Source: Octopus sinensis (lineage: Eukaryota). Taken from it: a stretch of 64,000 bases of DNA. Location of the stretch: NCBI RefSeq assembly GCF_006345805.1, contig NC_043004.1:20336001-20400000 (forward strand), written 5' to 3'. The notes beneath the pieces are model-generated. The model did no database searches, was not told where the DNA came from, and saw only the letters and a list, made by a program, of their open reading frames with translations. The number at the start of each line of letters is the position of its first letter. Position 1 is the first letter of the stretch. Below, in pieces: positions 1 to 12,863 of this stretch. The position numbers and the translations under genes are program-made.

Positions 1-170
1 TAGGCTTTTTTAAAACAATTAACTAATGATGCTATTGTTACACAGGTGTGATGTGTTAAAAAAATTGATTCATTGATACCATTCAGTCAAACAATGAATG
101 TTCAAGTAATCGTTTAGAATTCTTCTGATGTTCTAACTTTAATTTCTCCATTTTCCATCTATATTTTCAG

Positions 171-642
171 GTCAACTATGCCAACTCACGTTGTTCTTTT
201 GTGTATCCTATTAACGAAGCGATTAAATTCTACGTCCGCAAGGAACTTGATGTCATTTTTGGCCCATTCTGTGACTACGCAGCAGCACCTCTTGCAAGAC
301 AGATAACATTCTGGAGTATACCCATGCTGACTGCCGGTGCAATGGCAGCAGATTTTGCAAGGTACAGATTAGTGCATTACCCATTACTGACAAGAATCGG
401 ACCAAACTTCGTATCTTTGACACAATTCCTTTCGACGATGCTGCGTGAGTATAAGTGGAACATTGTCCAACTATTATATGATCCATATGGACAAGGATAT
501 TTCGAGGATAAATTCTGTCATATTGCTAGTGATAGCATCCATTATGGCTTGAAGGACGAATTCAAGGCACCGTACCAAAAATTTGAAAAAACGGAGGATC
601 TACTAACGGAACTAGGAACTGTCCTTGGCGTAAATGTTGCAG
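171..642 (+). CDS. Internal coding exon of a natriuretic peptide receptor-like / receptor guanylyl cyclase (ANF-receptor ligand-binding domain)
   Basis: Pyrimidine tract + ttttcag acceptor ending at 170; AG|GTAGGC donor after 642; 472 nt (phase 0 in, phase 1 out). Translation VNYANSRCSFVYPINEAI...DVIFGPFCDYAAAPLARQITFWSIPMLTAGAMAADF...YPLLTRIGP...YKW matches the GPxCxYAAAPVAR...W..P.LTAGA motif of NPR-family extracellular domains. The supplied ORF 201-926 reads through into the intron after 642. Confidence 0.9.
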
Positions 643-1313
643 GTAGGCCAAAATTTGTTGAAAGTGTTATTCATTTTATAATCAATCTTTCATTGTTCAT
701 GATTTTGGAAGTAGCTCAAGACTTTACGGTCATTCTTAAAAAGATGTTAAATAAATTTCGAAAAATGTGCCTAAAAATATTTCAGGTCATCAAATATTTC
801 GTGAAAATATCCTTACTTTGTTCACAGATCCGAGTATTGCTGTTTGTTTTCTGGGGACGTTCCTGTGTCTATTTTTATAAGTATTCTGTAAATATACTTA
901 CACGAATGATAGCGAAACTTTCTTAGTTGCTAGTTAGTTATTTGAGGAAAGGCTTTTAGCAACAAAAACAAGAAATTGCGGACTCAGAATCTCTGATATT
1001 GAAAGTGGGTTTTTTTTTTAGACATCAAGAAAATGTAAGGGAGTGTATTAAAAAAACTCAAACTGAAAAATTTACTGCTGGTTTTAAAACGAGTGATTAT
1101 CTCTCGGTATATATATATGTACATGGTAGTATTAATGACCTATATAAACACACATTTACAGATGTACAAAGACGGGAAATTATATTCTTTTATTCCCCTT
1201 TACTACATGAATTAGGATAAAGCAAACAATGGAGATTTCAGCGATGGAATTAACTACTGAAAATAGTTAATCTCTTTGCTGGAATTGCTTCTTCTCTGCA
1301 AAGAAGAGATGGT

Positions 1314-1361
<48 letters not shown>

Positions 1362-1498
1362 TGGTGACATTAATAGGAAAAGCGATACAGATGTAAGATA
1401 TTAAAAAACACATGTCACAGTTCATATAACGGTGTTTTCTGAGTTTCATGTTGAAATTTTCAACAATAAAAGATGGGAGTCACATTTATATATATACA

Positions 1499-1566
<68 letters not shown>

Positions 1567-1703
1567 TGTAGACAAATATATATATATATGTATACACACA
1601 CACACATATATATATATATGAACTGGAAATTATAAAAATCTTGGCAGTTAAGATTTTAATAATTACTTTGGTAACAATTACTTAATCACAACTAGTTAAG
1701 AAT

Positions 1704-1880
1704 TGCCTACTCGCGTTCTTCCTTTTGATTATCCTATCAATGAAGCGATTAGATTCTAAGTCCGCAAGGAACTTGATGTCATTTTTGGTTCATTCCGTGA
1801 CTACGCAGCAGCACCACTTCCAAGACAGATAACATTCTGGAGTATACCCATGCTGACTGCTGGTGCAATGGCAGCAGATT
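1704..1880 (+). pseudogene. Degenerate partial duplicate of the upstream exon (copy of ~179-354)
   Basis: Collinear high identity (gtccgcaaggaacttgatgtcatttttgg...caagacagataacattctggagtatacccatgctgactgc...gcagcagatt); TAC>TAA in-frame stop; no acceptor copied. Confidence 0.9.
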
Positions 1881-2097
1881 CTTTTATTATTGTACATATG
1901 TGATTAACAAATGTGATGGATACATTCCTTGTTATCCAGTTATGTTTGTAATTCATCAATTTGCTCACTTCTTTACTAAATTATATTGTAATATTATGTC
2001 AATTATTATTACGTTAATTGTATCAGTTTAACTGTTGTCATTTGTGTCATGGAGAGTACTATGTTTATCTTGATACATACATGCATACATACATATA

Positions 2098-2209
<112 letters not shown>

Positions 2210-2581
2210 CACACACACACACATATATCATCTATTGGTTTGTCTCTATGATGAAGCTCTAAAGTGTATTTATTTCACATTGTTACTTTTGGGAGGCGAA
2301 AGCTCATATGAATACCATAAACTTTCCTTTCCTAAAAACAGTTGAATATGGGTAACCATGCATGTATAGAGTAGTTTCGCTGCATTATTTTCTAGCCACG
2401 TATATTTTTAGTGGGAATTAATTCAGGATATCCCGATACAATCTGGTGTGTTATCTCAAGAAATGCAGCACATCACTGAAAATTATCATCTATGTTGTGT
2501 GAGCTATGGATACACCTTTAAGCACGCACGCACACACACACACATACACACACACACACTAACACACACACACACACACAC

Positions 2582-2638
<57 letters not shown>

Positions 2639-3621
2639 TGCACACACACATATATATCTCGTGAATTTTGTTGCTTCTTTTGTTGCATTGAATTTGAATT
2701 TGTTCAATTTGAATTTCTTTTCATTCATAGAAGAATTCATGAAAATACAACCCATGTAAAGGAGAACCTTTATAGTTGTTCATCACCGTTGACATACATG
2801 CCATTAGTATAGCAAATTTTGCTTGTATAATAAGTTTAGATTATGCTAAAAGTATAGTAGGTTTCATATATATAAATTAATTAGTTTGGAAAAAATTGTA
2901 ACTGAAATGAACCATGCATTTAGGAGACAAAAGTATTTTGGAATTAATTTTTTTTGTTAAAGAAAAGCAAAAGAAATAATGATATCAGGTAATTTTTTTT
3001 TTAAATAAACAGTGTTCACCCTTGTCTCTTCACTGAACAGGTCTCAATAATCCGAAACATGTTTGTCACTAACTTGTAATAAGAGCTCACTCCCAACCCA
3101 TATACAGCATCCGTAGCTCACCTTACTGATTTATTTACGTGATTTGTTTTTTTGTTGTTTTTTTTTTTGGTGAGTTCTAAAGACCCCCGACCAAAAGGGT
3201 GTATTTTTTCACGTGATGCATTTTCTCCGTTATATTAATTCTCCCATTATCTTAATGGATATGATAATGCGTTACGTTAGGTACTTTCAAAAACAGTCAT
3301 AATAAGACCCAACAAAATAATACAAACATGACCACATTTATGCATAAAAATAAAACTTTCTGAATATACACAGTACAATATGTATACATGAAAATATCTG
3401 AGGTTAAGCTCATTAGGGGGTTAATATAAGAATCGTAATGTTGCAGTAGGGTACGAATTTATCACAAAAAATATTGGCTACTGTCAGAGGACTTCTACTT
3501 CATCGAACATCTACCTGAGTTTTATTAAGGGATTGCTGGGTTGGTAAGAGTAGTGATTATCTTGGTTATGGTGTTTATGATGCTGGTGAAGACTGAATTA
3601 CTTATCTCTCTCTCCCACCCC

Positions 3622-3675
<54 letters not shown>

Positions 3676-5189
3676 ATTGATTGCTTGTAGGGACACCGTA
3701 TTTCAATATGCAACCATGATATACTGCAGAGTATGTTAATGGATATTAAACTTATTTTTACAGATTTGCTGTAGGAAATCTGTTGAAATAACTTTAATAA
3801 ATGACGCACACACAAGCGCGAGCACACGCACACACACACACACATGCAGGCACGCGCTCGTACATACGCACATACATATGTGCACAAACACATTGAGAGA
3901 AAGAGAGAGATAGTGATTGAGACTCGAGAAAATATACACAAATATTTGCATGCAAAGGACACCTACTCACACACACACATTTTATTTTATATATGACCGT
4001 CTGTATGTACGTATCGTGATTATAGTGTTCCAAACTTGAAAATGCTTTGATCTTAGTGAAAACGCCGAAAAGTAACCTTTTGGTTATGAAGAAAGGCTAG
4101 TGTTTAATTTCTCAAAATTTATCCAAGTTTTGTAAGAGAGAAATTACAGACCATAATTCTAGTAAAAACGAATTCAAATAACTTGAGACGACCATAACTT
4201 GGGGTTCCTATATGTGTTGCTTTATAATATGACACAGCAGGGTATTAAGATATATGGTAGTATTTATGGTAGCACTACTAGAACTATCATTATTAACATT
4301 ATTACCATTTTATAAATAAATAAATGGTAATGCACATAATTATTACAGTCTCTATTTCTAACTTCCACCATTCATCTCATCTGTTACTGCAAATGAATAT
4401 TTGCTTTCAGGTATTTTTATATTGTTTGTATAAAATCTGGTTGTACTCGTTTTCCAATGTCTTGTATTGTATGGCTGGATGGATAACTGCTCTGAATTTA
4501 TATTCACCCATGTCTCTTCCAGTATTGTTATTACTTGTTTTGCAGTGACATATCTTGATAATTCAGTCAGCCATATCCACTATTTTCATGCATTGATAAT
4601 TTTCTACCCAACTAAAAAGTCCGGTTACTTAAACTTGCAAATATATTGAACTCTCTTCTAGTTTTGATTAATGAGGGTTCAGCAGTCGAATGAGTGTTCT
4701 CGGTCAAATGTTTTATTGTGTCGTCTCATTTGGAAATTCAGACCTGTCCGGTTGCCAACATAACAGTAATGGTCTCTATCATTTGGGAGTGGATTGGACA
4801 TGGCTCTAAGCCGATCTCTTTTCACCCTCTGGGAGTTGATCCTTGCTGCCTCAAAGTTGGAGATGACTTCAAACCATTAGCTTCTCTTCTGAGTTCTACT
4901 CAATGCGACAAATTTCTATGTTCCAGGGTCTAAGGAATGTGGAGTCCCCTCTTAGCCATTTTGCAAAGTCCCACACTCTTTTGCATATAACTGACCCACA
5001 CAAACAGTTATAACTTCGTCTATTGGTGCAGGAGTGTGTGTCTGTGTCTTTATAAAGCCATATATGTATGTATGTGTGTATCTGTGTCTATGCCTACGTG
5101 AATTTGAGCATGTGTGTATACCCATACATACACACATATGCATATATATATACATACATGCATACATATATACATACAAACATACATAC

Positions 5190-5526
5190 ATAGTGCTGCC
5201 CCCTCGTTATCGAGTATGGCCATTGCACGAAGTTTAATCAATGTTGTTATCGTGCAATGCCTGTGCAAGAAGATATTTTTAAAGTGAGGAAAGGCTGTGC
5301 ACTGAGTCAATCCTACTCACTAAGCAACAACAGCTATAATCCGAAAAGAAGAACAAGTCAACATCATCGGTAACCACCGAGCCGCAGGTTTTATGTCGGA
5401 GTTATCCCTGTTACCTGAGTTACCTTCTCCTAGAAGGATGCACTAACAAAGGCTAGGAGTCCTTCACTCCCAATGGTTTAACCGCGCGATCGGGTATTCA
5501 GTCCGATTATTTCTATGTCCCCGCGC
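5190..5526. mobile_element. SINE/LINE-tail-like dispersed repeat
   Basis: CpG-rich block between microsatellites; motif ctcctagaaggat..ctaacaa..gcta recurs near 45625-45660. Confidence 0.45.
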
Positions 5527-5610
5527 ATACATACATACAGGTTTCGTGGTTTGAAATGACATGGAATCGATACAGTTTATTTTCTATATATACAGGTTTC
5601 TATAAAGACG

Positions 5611-5887
5611 TAATAGTTATCGCCACTTGAAAATAGTTGTTCCGTAGGAACTGACGTTACTACCATTTTAATCCCAGAAGGACGCCTCCTCTGACTGGTT
5701 ATTGATGCAATCTGCACTCGATATACATATTGCAAGCAGGGAAGTGAAAGCCTACCGTCCTCCAGCAATATATATCTGGTGCAGATTGCATCGAATAACC
5801 AGCAGAAGGAGGCGTCCTTTTGGGATTAAAATGGTAGTAATGTCAGTTCCTACAGAATAGCCAAGTTGAAATGGCGATAAACATTAC
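5611..5887. repeat. Imperfect long inverted repeat (~120 bp arms, ~30 nt loop)
   Basis: gtaggaactgacgttactaccattttaatcccagaaggacgcctcct...gatgcaatctgcac is mirrored by gtgcagattgcatc...aggaggcgtccttttgggattaaaatggtagtaatgtcagttcctac. Confidence 0.9.
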
Positions 5888-6584
5888 TTTTCAGTATGCT
5901 TACTACTTTCATCTCCTATAGAGATTTTCTAATTAGCTAATCTGCTTATTGGCCTATATATAGTTAATCGTTAATAAAACATAAAAATTGTGAGAAATAA
6001 GAAAACGATTGTTTTGATAAGTATACAGATGTTCGCGTAAGTACACACATAGAGACACGCATACACACATTCATGGTTTCAACGACACACATCCGCACAC
6101 TCCGCAACGATATCATTAAATAAAGTCATAGAAGATTAGTGAATCTCGATTTAGAGACGAACAGACAAAGGAAAACGACACACTTGAGCTGTTGATTAGA
6201 ATTTGGTGACTGGACATCTCCATCTGGTAGATACCCAGCCGTGTGGCCAGCCTACAGAACGCTATACATAGCAAAACTGGCATGCTCAGACAGCCGTTTG
6301 ATGTTGATATATAACTTGTCTTTGATCTCTTCAGTTTCGCTCACAGATTTCGTAATTATTTATTTTTAACTATATAGTTTGAAACTTCGTATACTGGTGT
6401 AATTTCTCACGCTGAACACGCTTTACTTCCAACCTTTCCGGCAAAATTTCGTATTTTAGAAATTATTTCGTGTTAAAGTTGTCATATTTGGGTAACTTTA
6501 ACCAATCAGCGATGTGTATTCAGCTGATGAAAGCTAGTGCTGTTTGCGATTGTAATCGATAAACAACTGTTTGCCGTGATTTGT

Positions 6585-7190
6585 TGTGATGCTCTGATGG
6601 TTACTGTAATGAAAGTGTTCTGCGTAGGATGTGTGCAGTGCCTAGTAGTGCAATTTCTTGTATATTATATGTGTTTGTAAGTCCTGGTGTTTTTGTTTTG
6701 TATTTGTCTGGATATTTTTTTTATCATGCCTAATGCACCTACTATGATAGGAATTGTTTATGTTTTTAGATTCTACATTCTAGTTACCTCTATTTCCAGG
6801 TCTTTGTATTTTGAAAGTTTCTCCATTTCTTTTAGAGACACGTTGTCATCTGCTGGTATTGATACATCAATTAGAAAGCATATTTTTTCTTCATGATCTC
6901 TGACAACTATATCTGGTCTGTTGGCCTTAATTTCTCTATCTGTGTGTATCGGCATATCCCAGAGTGTGGTTGCTTTCTCGTTTTCTGTGACCTTTTCTGG
7001 TGTGTGCCTATACCATCTTTTTTCTGTTGTTATTCCATAATGTTGGCATAGCATCCATTGTATGTAGGTCCCAACTCTGTCGTGTCTGAGTATATTCCTT
7101 CTTAGCCAGGACTGGGCAGCCAGAGATAATATGATCTATTGTTTCTTGTCCATCTCCACATATTCTGCAGTTACTTGTTATATTTCTTCT
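6585..7190 (-). mobile_element. 3' fragment of an R4/Dong-like non-LTR retrotransposon (CCHC knuckle + restriction-like endonuclease), degenerate
   Basis: Minus strand reads CRICGDGQETIDHIISGCPVLAKKEY, RHDRVGTYIQWMLC, LWDMPIHTDREIKANRPDIVV...IDVSIP...EKLSKYKDLEIE, IPIIVGALG; stops/frameshift present; abuts a (TTA)n tract at ~7190-7300, consistent with TAA-repeat targeting known for Dong. Confidence 0.85.
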
Positions 7191-7229
7191 TCTTATTATT
7201 ATTATTATTATTCTTATTCTTATTATTAC

Positions 7230-7264
<35 letters not shown>

Positions 7265-8080
7265 TATTATTATTATTATTATGATTATTATTATTATTTG
7301 CACAATTGTGCCAATTAAGACTAGGATTTTAGATATTCTGTTTCATCCATTTAGTAAATTCTATTAATCATGTTTTCGTTTTCCATTCATTTCAAACGAG
7401 ACTTATAAGGTAAAAGCAAAACTTTATTGCAGCTGGAATAACAACAAATAAATTACTTGTCAGAGGTGACAACAGTCTGAAAAATAGATAAAAACAAATA
7501 TAGCTCTATTTCTACAAACTAAATTATATTTTCTTTAACTTTTTTCTTATAATTCAAGTCTGGCATTTAATATTTATGCATATATTCATATATAATTAAA
7601 ATATCATTTGCACAAGTTGAACGTTAATGACTAAAAAGACGGGATATTGCTGAAGTATATACATGTTTGACATGCATAATCATTTTAAGAGTAATCTTTC
7701 ATTGATACAGAATTTCACGAGGGAAATTTGTGCCAATTAGTATTCCATAACTGGAAAGATGTGTTTAACATGTCTTATGAGAGATGACAAACTAAATTAA
7801 CATAATTACATATTTACATTATTTAGAAAGATCGGAATATTTGATATGGTGTTACTTTATTTATAGAGCACCACTCTGTCTGAGATTTAAGAAAATATAG
7901 TAGTAATTTTACTTAGATTTAATAAGGCTGGAACTGATACAAAACACCTTGATCAGATTGATAAAGACAAACACGATGAATATCATCCGATATCCTTAAT
8001 TTGCAAGAGTTCATTTACGTTATTGTTAATAGTCGAATTGCTAAATAAAGGTATCAAGTTGTATTTGAGATCAAATCTAT

Positions 8081-8294
8081 TCTCATTTACTTGTTTCAGT
8101 CATTTGACTGTGGCTATGGTGGAGCACTGCCTTTAGTCGAGCAAATCGACCCCAGGACTTATTCTTTGTAAGTCTAGTGCTTATTCTATCGGTCTATTTT
8201 GCCGAACCACTCAGTTACGGGGACGTAAACACACCAGCATCGGTTGACAAGCGATGTTGGGGGAACAAACACCGACACACAAACATATACACAC

Positions 8295-8348
<54 letters not shown>

Positions 8349-8510
8349 GACGGGCTTCTTTCAGTTTCCGTCTACCAAATCCACTCACTAGGCTTTGGTC
8401 GGCCTGAGGCTATAGTAGAAGACACTTGCCCAAGGTGCCACGCAGTGGGACTGAACCCAGAACCATGTGGTTCGCAAGCAAGCTACTTACCGCACAGCCA
8501 CTCCTGCACC
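8081..8510 (-). mobile_element. tRNA-derived SINE, family A (internal (TA)n)
   Basis: Head with A/B-box-like tggctgtgcggtaag / gggttcagtccc, then ccttgggcaagtg; tail ...gactgaaacaagtaaa; many copies in window. Confidence 0.85.
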
Positions 8511-8794
8511 AATGTTAATGTTACTGTAATTTATATTATAAAAAGTAGCTGAGTGGTACAAGAGAATTTCCCTCTATCTAAAAGAACAGGAAATTAGTAA
8601 CAGAAAAGCAGTGTTCCTATAGAAAGTATCTCCTGCTTATTTTATTACTTTAGATGATGAAAGAGATATCATTCGTAAGGCTGATGGAGATTATGACATA
8701 TTTCTTATTGCAGTAAGATTTGTTTGTATGAGGTGGGGAATAATGTTAATAATATTAACCCCGATCCCATAGTATAAAACTGACTCCCCACTCC

Positions 8795-9012
8795 ATTGGG
8801 GTTTGCAGACTTATGAGCTGCATGGTGACCCCAATAGTGATGACAGCACAAAAAAGACATCCAGTGTATGCTGTAAAGTGGTTGACATTAAGAAGGGCAT
8901 CCAGCTGTACCAACCACGTCAGAGCAGACATTGGAGAACGATACAGTTTTTAGAGCCATCAGATCTTGTCAAACCATCCAACCCATGCCAGCATGAAACT
9001 CGGACTTTAAAT
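8795..9012 (+). mobile_element. SINE family C (3' part)
   Basis: aagggcatccagctgta...ccatccaacccatgccagcatggaa motif shared with many copies. Confidence 0.75.
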
Positions 9013-9029
9013 TAATAATTATAATAATA

Positions 9030-9235
9030 ATCCTTTCTACTATAGGTACAAGGCCTGAAATTTGGGGGGAGGAAGCTAGTTGATTACATCGACCCCAGCG
9101 TATAACTGGCACTTATTTCATCAACCCTGAAAGTTTGAAAAGCAAAGTTGACCTCAGAGGAGAACATAAGGACAAACGAAATGCTCCTAAGCATTTTGCC
9201 TGACATTCTAACAATTCTGCCAGCTCACTGCCTTA
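9030..9235 (-). mobile_element. tRNA-derived SINE, family B
   Basis: Reverse complement of the gagctggcagaa...ttag...tttgc.tttca..ctttc.ggg.tgat.aaataagt.ccag consensus. Confidence 0.75.
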
Positions 9236-10481
9236 ACAACAACAACAACAATAAAGATTTAATTAAAGCACAAAGTTAGCAATTTTGAGGGAATTTTGAG
9301 CCATAGTAATTTGATTGGGTACTTTATTTTATTGACTAAGGAAGGTAGAAAAATAAAGTTGATCTTCTCAGGATTTGAACTCAGAAGGTAAAGAACTAAA
9401 GCAAATACCATAATGTATCATTTTCCCACAAGCAATTTGTTATTATCTACCAATAATATTAACAACTATAGCACTACTTAATGCAAGACACATGTTACAT
9501 GGAATAATGTCAAAACAGTAGAAAATACAAAACCAAAGGAAGATAGAGAGTGTCAATTAATACATATTGATTACATAATCATATACAGGCACAAGATTAG
9601 AGAGAGCATGTGAGAGTATGTGTATACGTGTATGTGCATGCATGTGTGTTTGTATAAGTGAGTGTGTATGTACAAACAGATAAATAAACAAAAATATGTA
9701 TGCAGACATTTCTGGTTGTGTATCTTTACATAAATATACATATAGATTAATTTTCACAGTTAAGCACGTGAATAATGAGTGTATATCATAGTAAATTATA
9801 ATGAAGAATGTATTAGCTTGTGCACTTGACATTTATAACTTTTCTAGTCTGGAAGTGTTAGACTTTAAATTGAAAACCCATTCAAAATTACTGAGATGTC
9901 ATGCATTTATGTGTGTGCATGCATGAATCTATATGAGTGTGTGCACGTGAGTGAGAATACATATAAAGGTATGCATGAACTTAAACATCTGTGTGTGTGT
10001 TAACATCTAATGTAGAATTATGTGTGATTCCCTTTTAAGAAACCTCATTAATCTTACCTCAAACACAGTTTATGGTTAAGGAATTTAGATATTTTTGACT
10101 TTTAGAATTCCCTGATACGATGCAATTCTTCACATGTCAAACTGTATGTAGAGTAGCAATTTAATGTTTGGACTATATGAAGTGTATTAGTGCCAAAGTT
10201 AGATACATTGACATGTCGCCAGTTTATTTAATTATTTACTATTGATTAGCTACAGAGATTGAGGTAGTTAACTCTTGTGTCATGGTGCTATGATGATAAG
10301 GAATAAATAATAAGTTAAAGACTAGGAAACCAAACTTTATATATAATTTTCAATGATGTTCAGACAATATTCTTAGCAGTTATATGATCTATGGCATATG
10401 GGATTTAGTGGATTCTCCAATTATATAACAAAGAGCTTATTCTAATTTTGAACTCAAATGACATTCTTTTCCTTATTAATC

Positions 10482-10688
10482 CATTCTACTATAGGCACAA
10501 GGCCTGAAATTTTGTGCAAGGTGGTTAGTGGCTTACATCAACCCCAGTTTTCAGCTTGTACATATCTCTATGAAGAGATGAAGGGTAAAATTGGCCTTGG
10601 CAGAATTTGAACCCAGGTCATAAAGCTGGAGAAATATTGTTAAGCATTTCGTCTGGCATGCTAATAATTCTGCCAGTCCACAGCCATA
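10482..10688 (-). mobile_element. SINE family B, degenerate
   Basis: Same consensus as 9030-9235. Confidence 0.7.
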
Positions 10689-10790
10689 ATAATAATGATA
10701 TTAATGACTTAGAAATGGAGGGGTTCATGACAGTAACCAGTTTTGGGGCCTCCTCTGAGGCTAGTTCCCTGGGCAGTGGATAGTGTAAAG

Positions 10791-11055
10791 CAGTGGTTCT
10801 CAACCAGGATCCTTATAATCCACGGGGTCCATATAAGATTTTGTTAACGATATTTATGTATAACTTTGGTAAATAAATAATTTGGTTATACTTGTACTAT
10901 ACAAGATGTTTCGCCAACATTTTTTATACAATCCCTAATAATATTTAATTATAAAAGTATAATACAATTTTATTTAAACATCAAATGGCTTTGGGGATCC
11001 AGTAGAAAAAAACAGAAATCAAATGGGTCCATAGAAGAAAAAAACGGTTGCAACT
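10791..11055. mobile_element. hAT(Charlie)-like MITE
   Basis: Left end cagtggttctcaacc; internal gggtccata repeats; degenerate right end ggttgcaac. Confidence 0.55.
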
Positions 11056-11100
11056 AAAACAGTCCCTGTGATCAATTTATATAAAACTTCATTGATAAGA

Positions 11101-11338
11101 TTCTTATTTCTTTATTGCCCACAAGGGGCTGAACACAGAAGGGATAAACAAGGTCAGACAAAGGGATTAAGTCGATTACATCGACCGCAGTATGTAGCTG
11201 GTACTTAACCTATCGACCCCAAAAGGATGAAAAGCAAAGTCTACCTTGGTGGAATTTGAACTTAGAACGTAACGGCAGACAAAATACCACTAATCATTCC
11301 ACCCAGCATGCCAACGATTCTGCCAACTGGCTGCCTTT
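11101..11338 (-). mobile_element. SINE family B
   Basis: Near full-length reverse copy of the 47781-48010 unit. Confidence 0.85.
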
Positions 11339-11558
11339 GATTAGATTCTGGTTACCCTGATACTATGTTATGAGATCAAGTCCAAGACCTCTTAAATGCC
11401 TAACTTATTGGTAATTAGATATAAGAGCTAGAAGGAAAATTAACTTAAATGATTGATCTAATGGTGAAAGACTTAATAGCCATGCCTCTTTTTGTGTCCC
11501 CTAATGAAGAAGTTGATGATGTAAATCATCAGTTTTCTATTTTGTAATTACTACCATT

Positions 11559-11915
11559 AGGTGCATGTGGTTTTGTAGGAAGCAGTTTCCTTTCTAATCA
11601 GATGGTTCTGGATTCAGTCCCACTGCATGGCACCTTAGGCAAGTGTCTTCTACTATACTCTTGGACCAACCAAAACATTGTGAGTGGATTTGGTAGACAG
11701 AAACTGAGAGAAGCTTGTCGTATCCATACATACATACATATTTACATATATATGTGTGTGTGTGTGTATTTCTTTGTGTGCGTGTCTTTCTGTCTGTGTT
11801 TGTCCCCCCATTACTGCTTACAATTGATGTTGGTGTGTTTGCATCCTGTAACTTAGCAGTTCAGCCAAAGAGACCAATAGAATAAGTACCTGGCTTAAAA
11901 AAGAAGTACTGAGGT
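11559..11915 (+). mobile_element. SINE family A
   Basis: ggattcagtcccactgcatggcaccttaggcaagtgtcttctactata...gtgagtggatttggtagacagaaactg. Confidence 0.8.
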
Positions 11916-12412
11916 TATAAATATATCAATGGAAGTGTGTAGCATATATAATCATTCAGATATATCAGAACTGAATGAGGAGAAAGTCAATGAAAGTGTC
12001 CCATCAATGTCTGAAATGGAATCATCTCATCCAAAATATAGAGGTTGACCTTTTAGTCAGAAATTACTCATTTCATGTAAAATCTTATTAAAATCTTTCG
12101 TGATGCCAAAGGAAATTTTTTTTTCCCCCAAAGCTATCAGTGGTCAATGATAAATAATGTATGAATAGTTGTGATAGCAAAAACACTCAGCTGTAAAATA
12201 TTCTTTGAAATAAAAGGAAATATACAAATTTAAAATCCACAATGCTATTTCAGAAAATTGGATATAAAGCAATAAGTATCAAAACACAAAGTTAAAATAA
12301 CAATATAAAAATTCTGACAAAATGTATAATGAACAGATATGACATTTTGAAACAGAAAAATTCAGCATTAGAAATATAAATGAGACATATCATATGCTCT
12401 TCCTCCCCAGCC

Positions 12413-12445
<33 letters not shown>

Positions 12446-12863
12446 CAAACATACAGAAATACATATATGTGTGTGTGTGTGTGTGTGTTTGTATGTGTGT
12501 GTGCAGTGCACATACATATATGCATATGTATTAAGTTTTGCTTCTACCTGAGATGATTATGGTAATTTATAATTTACATTTTCAACTGTAATAATTATAA
12601 TTACTGTGAATAGAATTTCGTATTTATTTTGTTTTGCATATGTTCAGACAAATACGTGAATCTTTACACACATGTATGTACAGACTTGTACACATACAGG
12701 AATATATTTATCCATAGGAACATACAAAAGCACTTTTATAAAATCACGTACAAAGTTTTCATTTAAAGCTTTCTGTCTTGGTAACAAAAGAGTTCTTTCC
12801 TTGTAGGTGTTGTATTTCAAAAGCAATACCAGAATATGCAACGATTCATATTATACAAACATA

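Noticed and set aside
643-926. C-terminal part of the 241 aa ORF
   Set aside because: Lies after a good GT donor; no NPR similarity; intron read-through.
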